In this document: positions 60,201-64,000 of the stretch, piece after piece
Position numbering within the stretch: position 1 is the stretch's first letter
Layout: each line of letters opens with the position of its first letter
Source of the DNA: Acidobacteriota bacterium
Lineage (GTDB): Bacteria; Acidobacteriota; Vicinamibacteria; Vicinamibacterales; CAVVIG01
Reading direction: 5' to 3'
DNA: 64,000 nucleotides
Assembly (NCBI GenBank): GCA_016195265.1
Contig: JACPZW010000003.1
Coordinates: 67,279-131,278 of the forward strand
Position numbers and translations under genes: made by a program
Notes under the pieces: model-generated
What the model was told of the DNA's origin: nothing
The model's database searches: none
What the model saw: the letters and a program-made list of their open reading frames with translations, nothing else

Positions 60201-62560
60201 GACGAGCAAAACACGGTCGTGGTCCCAACGGCAAACGTCGATCCTGAGTTGGGATTGCAATTCACCGTGCGCGAACCATCGATCAGGTCGGTGGCCGATA
60301 CGTTGAACGTCACATGAGCACCGGACGGACCGGTGGCCTCGACCCCCGTGATACTCGACGGTAACGACAGGCTGGGCGGCGTCATGTCGGTGACCGCGAC
60401 GGTGAAGCTGCCAAAGTTCGTGTGTCCGCGCGAGTCTGATGCGGAGCAACTCACCGTCGTCACGCCAAGCGCGAACACCTGTCCCGACGCCGGACCGCAG
60501 CTGATGGCTACCGACCCATCAACGATGTCGGTCGCCGATGCGGTATAGAAGACGGTCGCGCCGGACGGACCGGTCGCTTCCTTGGTCATCCCGAACGGGA
60601 TCGACAGCATCGGCGGCGTCGTATCCTGCACCGTGACGGTGAAGCTGCCGGTTGCCAGATTGTCGGCGAAGTCTGTCGCCTGGAAGTTGACGGTGGTCGT
60701 GCCGAGCGGAAACACAGTACCGCTCGCGTGTGAGATAAAGGTCGAGGAGATTCCGCTCAAGCCGTCTGAGGCGGTCGCGGAGAAGTTGACCGTCGCGCCA
60801 CTGGAATGTGTCGCTTCGGCAACGATGGCCGACGGATACGACAAGAACGGTTTCGTCTTGTCGATCTTGATCGTCAACAACTGCTCGCCTTCGACGTTTC
60901 CGAACGCATCGTCGGCATGGTAGGTGACCGTCGTGGCCCCCTCTGTCGTCAGCGTGAACGACGTTGAATTGCCCGAGACGGTGACTGGCGCGCCGGCGTT
61001 GATCGCGTAGGTGACCGACGCGACTCCGCTGCCGCCGGAATTGTCGATCGCATTGAAGCTGACCGTGACGTCGTCATGGTTCCAGCCGTTCGTGTTTGAC
61101 GCAGGCGACGCTGTCGCTGTCGTCGTCGGCGCAGTCGTGTCCAGCGGTGGACCCAGAAAATCGATCCGGTAGATGGCCGCGTGGACGCCGTTTCCGCCTG
61201 CATCGGTGACATACAGCGCGTTGTTGTAGAACACCAATCCCTGAATGTGTTGGAACGGCGCGCCCGAGACCAGAGCGGCCGGCGTCCCGCCGCTCTGCGG
61301 CAGTTGCCAGACGGTCGTTCCCCCCGCATCGGCGACATAGATTCTGCCGTTGCCGACAGCAATGGCATCCGGACTGATGAGCGGCGCGCCGCTGGCGAGC
61401 GTGGTGAAGGAGCCGCCGGTTGCGGGCAGCATCAGCACGCTGGGCGTCGTCACACCGGCCTTGCCGATGTCGGTGACGTAGAGCCGGTCGCCGTCGTACG
61501 CGATGCGAGTGCTGTGCTCAGTGTCGAACCCGCCGCCGTATCGCGAGCCGAGGAAGGTGATCGCCGACCCATCGGTATTCAAGCGGTGCACACGCCCCTG
61601 CACGTCGTCGGTGGTGTACAGCTGGGCGCCATCGGTCGTGATGCCAACGCCGTCGACGATCGGTTGTCCGCTCGCAAAGCCCGAGTAGATTTTGGTAATG
61701 CCGCCGCCGGCTGTCGGCCCACGGAAAATCGCGGTCGCATCGGGATCGCCGTTGGGATCGATCCAGAACACATTCGATCCGACGACCGTCAAGGCGGCGA
61801 CGCAGCACGGCGTCGCCGGCGAATACAGCGTCGAGACCGTTCCGCCGCCAATCGGCAGCGTGAGAACCTGGGCGGTGCCGCCGACGGCGTTCCCGACGAA
61901 CAAGGACGCGCCGTCAGTGGCGATCGCCGACGGTCCGGTGATCTGTGCATCATTCGAGATGAGCGTCACCGTCGGAACGCCGACGCCGGGTCCTGTCATG
62001 GTCAGATCGTCGAGCAGCAACGCGCTGAACGCGGCGAAGTGATAGTTGTTCGACTCCACGCGCATCGCGGCAATGGCCGACGCAGTGAAGGTGAAGGTCT
62101 TCGCCGGCTGATCGGCGAAATAGCTACTGAGCGGCTCGCCGACCGACCCGAGATCATTTCCGACGCTGTCGAGAAAATGAACGCTCCATTCCGGAAAGGA
62201 AATCCCGCTCGGTCCATTGAGGAGCCTGGGACGCGTGAAGGCCACGCCGTTCAGGGGCGTCCAAAAGTGCAGCGTGTAACTGACTGGATCGTTGCTTCCG
62301 CACTGCGTCAGGAAATTCGGCATCGACGGAGCCTGCATCGCCAATCCGCCGTACGTCTGGTTGGTGCTGGCAATGCCGACCGTCGTCGCCGGCGTCATGC
62401 CAGTGATAGTGACGCCATAGCCGGCCAAGTACGGGGCGGCAGGCACGCAGCCCGGGGCACTCGCGTCCACCGAATCGAAGTTGATTGTGACCGTCCCGGC
62501 CAGCGCGGGAAGTGAAGCCGTCAGGAGCAAGCAGCACGTAAGCCCGATAAGCGTCTTCAT
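57245..62560 (-). CDS. giant secreted multidomain protein: beta-propeller (YVTD-like), ~8 HYR domains, Kelch propeller, Ig-like/DUF5011-like domains
   Basis: Met 13 of ORF 57245..62596 is preceded by AAGAGGA. Signal peptide MKTLIGLTCCLLLTASLPALAG. Repeated ...EATGPSGA.V.F..SATD.VDGS....C.P.SGS.F..G.TTV.C.ASD..GN (HYR). Kelch-like ...YA.GG... repeats. Confidence 0.8.
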   Translation of the reverse strand: MKTLIGLTCCLLLTASLPALAGTVTINFDSVDASAPGCVPAAPYLAGYGVTITGMTPATTVGIASTNQTYGGLAMQAPSMPNFLTQCGSNDPVSYTLHFWTPLNGVAFTRPRLLNGPSGISFPEWSVHFLDSVGNDLGSVGEPLSSYFADQPAKTFTFTASAIAAMRVESNNYHFAAFSALLLDDLTMTGPGVGVPTVTLISNDAQITGPSAIATDGASLFVGNAVGGTAQVLTLPIGGGTVSTLYSPATPCCVAALTVVGSNVFWIDPNGDPDATAIFRGPTAGGGITKIYSGFASGQPIVDGVGITTDGAQLYTTDDVQGRVHRLNTDGSAITFLGSRYGGGFDTEHSTRIAYDGDRLYVTDIGKAGVTTPSVLMLPATGGSFTTLASGAPLISPDAIAVGNGRIYVADAGGTTVWQLPQSGGTPAALVSGAPFQHIQGLVFYNNALYVTDAGGNGVHAAIYRIDFLGPPLDTTAPTTTATASPASNTNGWNHDDVTVSFNAIDNSGGSGVASVTYAINAGAPVTVSGNSTSFTLTTEGATTVTYHADDAFGNVEGEQLLTIKIDKTKPFLSYPSAIVAEATHSSGATVNFSATASDGLSGISSTFISHASGTVFPLGTTTVNFQATDFADNLATGSFTVTVQDTTPPMLSIPFGMTKEATGPSGATVFYTASATDIVDGSVAISCGPASGQVFALGVTTVSCSASDSRGHTNFGSFTVAVTDMTPPSLSLPSSITGVEATGPSGAHVTFNVSATDLIDGSRTVNCNPNSGSTFAVGTTTVFCSSSDSRGNQSFGSFTVMVRDTTAPSVSVPANITKEATGPSGALVTFTTSATDIVDGSRFVSCSRPSGSIFSIGTTTVTCTASDNHGNSSSAGFTVTVQDTTAPTLFLPSNIRSQSPDATTSVPVSFTASSNDIVDGRRAATCDPASGSLFPVGVTTTNCSVTDAHGNTATGSFTVTVVGLASIDVTTDIGDHHATLDPGQTQQFIATATFTDGSMASTADQHHDNGGGGSGGSWWSASFSPGLNVSPCSSTPIPGGFSSQTFTADSTGAVHTQWSPSTLVVSVDGTMSATHVDLTLTCLNNLGTPAHILADWQGTFYDGAVTFNGTTSHVTITGWSSKASMPTARFSVAGVFANGKTYAVGGDDGVCAGTGPCNFGPLKTVESYNLSSNTWSTEASMRVAREGAGVAALGGLIYAAGGHTSGGDATDTVEVFDGSTWTLLPSMSTRRAQFALVAAAGRLYAIGGENGSNGSTLLASVESYTPGGGWSPEPSMAVARKAFAAGVLNNGGTIVVAGGVTSNGNAAPTELYNIGSPAWTTGAPMPSPGAFGGGGTINNVFYVVGANSCGTGLLYMPSVSGPNGHSDGWALMPSMLTARNELGVAVDGSNLYAIGGQNAAQTALATLEVFSAPPAFVTFNFIQTDSGSPCSGGGTGGDHGPSWRVLDETIATIDPDETGAVVTAVRPGTTMVVAEFGSVSCLTTNTCATLTVRDVTPPVLGAVSDIVAEATSSGGAVVNFGLATATDDFDPAPAVSANPPSGSLFPLGSTTVTVTATDASGNSSTETFTVTVRDTTPPMLTLDGANPMTVEGGSTFTDPGATAVDAVDGNLTSQIHVTGTVNTNVPGTYVLTYTVSDRAGNTTTKTRTVNIVDTTAPVIGSATPSTGQLWPPNHKMVPISIAVTDTDAVDPAPACSITGITSNEAINGLGDGDTAPDWQFNPNSLLVNLRAERGGKGSGRIYTITVACADKSGNIATKTTFVTVPHDRGK

Positions 62561-62611
62561 GGAATCCTCTTTTGCTCCGAATTGGCGCGACCGCAAGAGC
62601 CTTCAAAATCC

Positions 62612-63836
62612 CTACTGCCGGGTGGCGACGAACGTTCCGGCCTGCGATCCGTCGCCGCCGGCGATCACGACGCCGCTCATTCGATTCCCCGACACAGCGC
62701 CCGAGAACGTCAGGCTCTTTTGACCGCTGCCGAACTTGAACGACACGCTCGTTCCGTCGATCGTTCCATTGGTCACCGCGCTGGATTGGAGACCGAGGGT
62801 CGTTTCACAACCGCCGGTCTTGGCGGTCCGAGTTCGCAAGGTGATCGTGCCGTTGAGTACCGTTCCAACCTGCGTAAAGGTCCACTTGCAGATCGTCCGC
62901 GGTATCACACAAGGCGAACTCTGGGAGGAAGCTCACGCCGTCAGGCGCAACGCCGATCCAGCGGCCGGTCACTGACGTGCTGGTGGTGGAGCCGACCGTC
63001 ACGATGACTTCGTTCGACACGCCGCCGATCGTGGAACCATTGCCGGCACGCACACGCACGTAGTACGTGCCCGCCGCAACGCCACTCGCCACAAACGACG
63101 TGGACGTGTTGCCGGTGAGCACGATCGCGAGGTCGCTCTTGCCCGGGGCGGACCCGGCCTCAATGCCGTACGTAGTCGGCGCGCAGCCGCCGGTCGGAGC
63201 GCTCCACGTCAACGTGACCGTGCCACCGCTCACGCTGCTCGTCAGTCCGCTCGGCGCGCCTGGCGCTGACGTGCAGCCCGTCGGCGTGCCAGTCACCAGA
63301 ATCGCTTCATTCGACGGCGGGCTGATTCCCGCGCCGTTCTGCGCCCTGACGCGAATGAAGTACGTCCCCCTCGCGACATCGGGCGCCCCGAACGACGTCA
63401 GCGTGTTGCCGGTCGCGACAACCGCGAGATCCGCGAGCCCGGACGCCGATCCCGCTTCGATGACATAGCCGACCACCGGGTCGCCCGAAGTCGGCGCGGT
63501 CCACGCGAGCTGGACGTTGCTGCCATGGGCCGACGGGCCACTCAGGAATGTCACCAGATTGCTCGGCGCGCCGGGCGCCGTCGCGCCGGCCGTGGCGACA
63601 CGCGTGACCGGCCGCGCGCCGGAGAAACATCCCGCGTCACCCGTCCCGCTCAAGCAACGCGCGAGATCGGCGGACGACGCGCCGGAAATCAACGCGTTCG
63701 CACTCGCGACAGTCAACGTCGCGGCGGATGTAGCAGGACCAGGCCGCGCGGCGGACGGCGCGCTCGGCGACGGCGATCCGCCGCACGCGACCGCGACCAC
63801 AGAGAACAGGGTAATGACGAGGGCAGACGCTCTCAT
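62612..63836 (-). pseudogene. FN3 lipoprotein paralog C interrupted by a +1-nt frameshift
   Basis: ORFs 62805..63863 and 62612..62908 are in different frames. Aligned to paralog B, the frame changes between ...CDTADDLQV and TFTQVGTVLNGTI (B has CDLEHDMQLTLTQTGATLSGSL). This is consistent with one extra G near 62880-62886. Confidence 0.65.
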
Positions 63837-63875
63837 GACTCCTCCTAGGAACGGCTCGCGCACGTCAGGCTGACG
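63757..63875. repeat. 119-bp exact direct repeat, copy 2
   Basis: Identical to 57103-57221. A 44-nt insertion follows before the shared GAAAGTACTAA resumes. Confidence 0.8.
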
Positions 63876-63945
63876 TGCGCGCGATAGCGTTGGCGACGCA
63901 CCAACGGATTACAAGAGGACGAAAGTACTAACGAGCGATCGGCCG

Positions 63946-64000
63946 TCATGGCGCCTCCACCAGGCCCTTCTGGAGGGCGACAAGCGCGAGCTCGAGCCGG
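63946..64000 (-). CDS. 3' end of an unidentified gene (only ~17 codons in window)
   Basis: The reverse frame reads ...RLELALVALQKGLVEAP then TGA at ~63946-63948. It is too short to classify. Confidence 0.25.
   Translation of the reverse strand, partial: RLELALVALQKGLVEAP

Noticed and set aside
45391-63836. The FN3 paralog family considered as targets of a diversity-generating retroelement or another cassette-switching system.
   Set aside because: There is no reverse transcriptase gene and no template/variable repeat pair with adenine-specific differences. The FN3 modules differ throughout rather than in a focused hypervariable patch. Only the 119-bp 5' repeat is identical.

Overview
High-GC chromosomal segment. 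The gene content points to an Acidobacteriota-like soil bacterium (inference): a CarboxypepD_reg-type TonB-dependent receptor, TIGR03436-like VWA proteins, UPF0182, DUF349 and GS type III. I support about 45 protein genes. Positions 1-39 kb are mostly housekeeping: esterase, two vapBC pairs, aconitase-family enzyme, apaG, recQ, ispG, qor, FKBP, Nudix, glnN, cysteine synthase, type IIA topoisomerase A and B subunits, and a GGDEF protein. Positions 39.4-64 kb form an accessory-looking cell-surface locus: WecE/WecD-like amino-sugar enzymes, an ArnC/GtrB-like GT2, three polytopic GT-C-like membrane proteins, an M64 peptidase, a BNR sialidase-like protein, three paralogous FN3 lipoproteins (one frameshifted) and a 1771-aa HYR/Kelch protein. 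I saw no rRNA, tRNA, CRISPR, transposase or integrase. Four things go beyond routine annotation. (1) A GTAG-headed REP-like palindromic unit sits in-frame inside three unrelated ORFs (recQ, the NYN protein, a GT-C membrane protein), with further extragenic copies. (2) At least three families of MITE-like long hairpins have arms built from short tandem repeats; they lie at gene boundaries, in a 5' UTR, and even encode signal-peptide-like N-termini. STRR-like heptamer arrays are also scattered at gene ends. (3) An in-frame TGA falls exactly at the peroxidatic Cys of a BCP/PrxQ peroxiredoxin and is followed by a hairpin, so this is a candidate selenoprotein. (4) One FN3 module signature is reused about 11 times across the surface locus, which also carries a 119-bp exact direct repeat flanking the giant gene. 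CDS coordinates come from the ORF track, with start refinements by residue counting. Repeat coordinates were indexed by hand and may be off by 1-2 nt.
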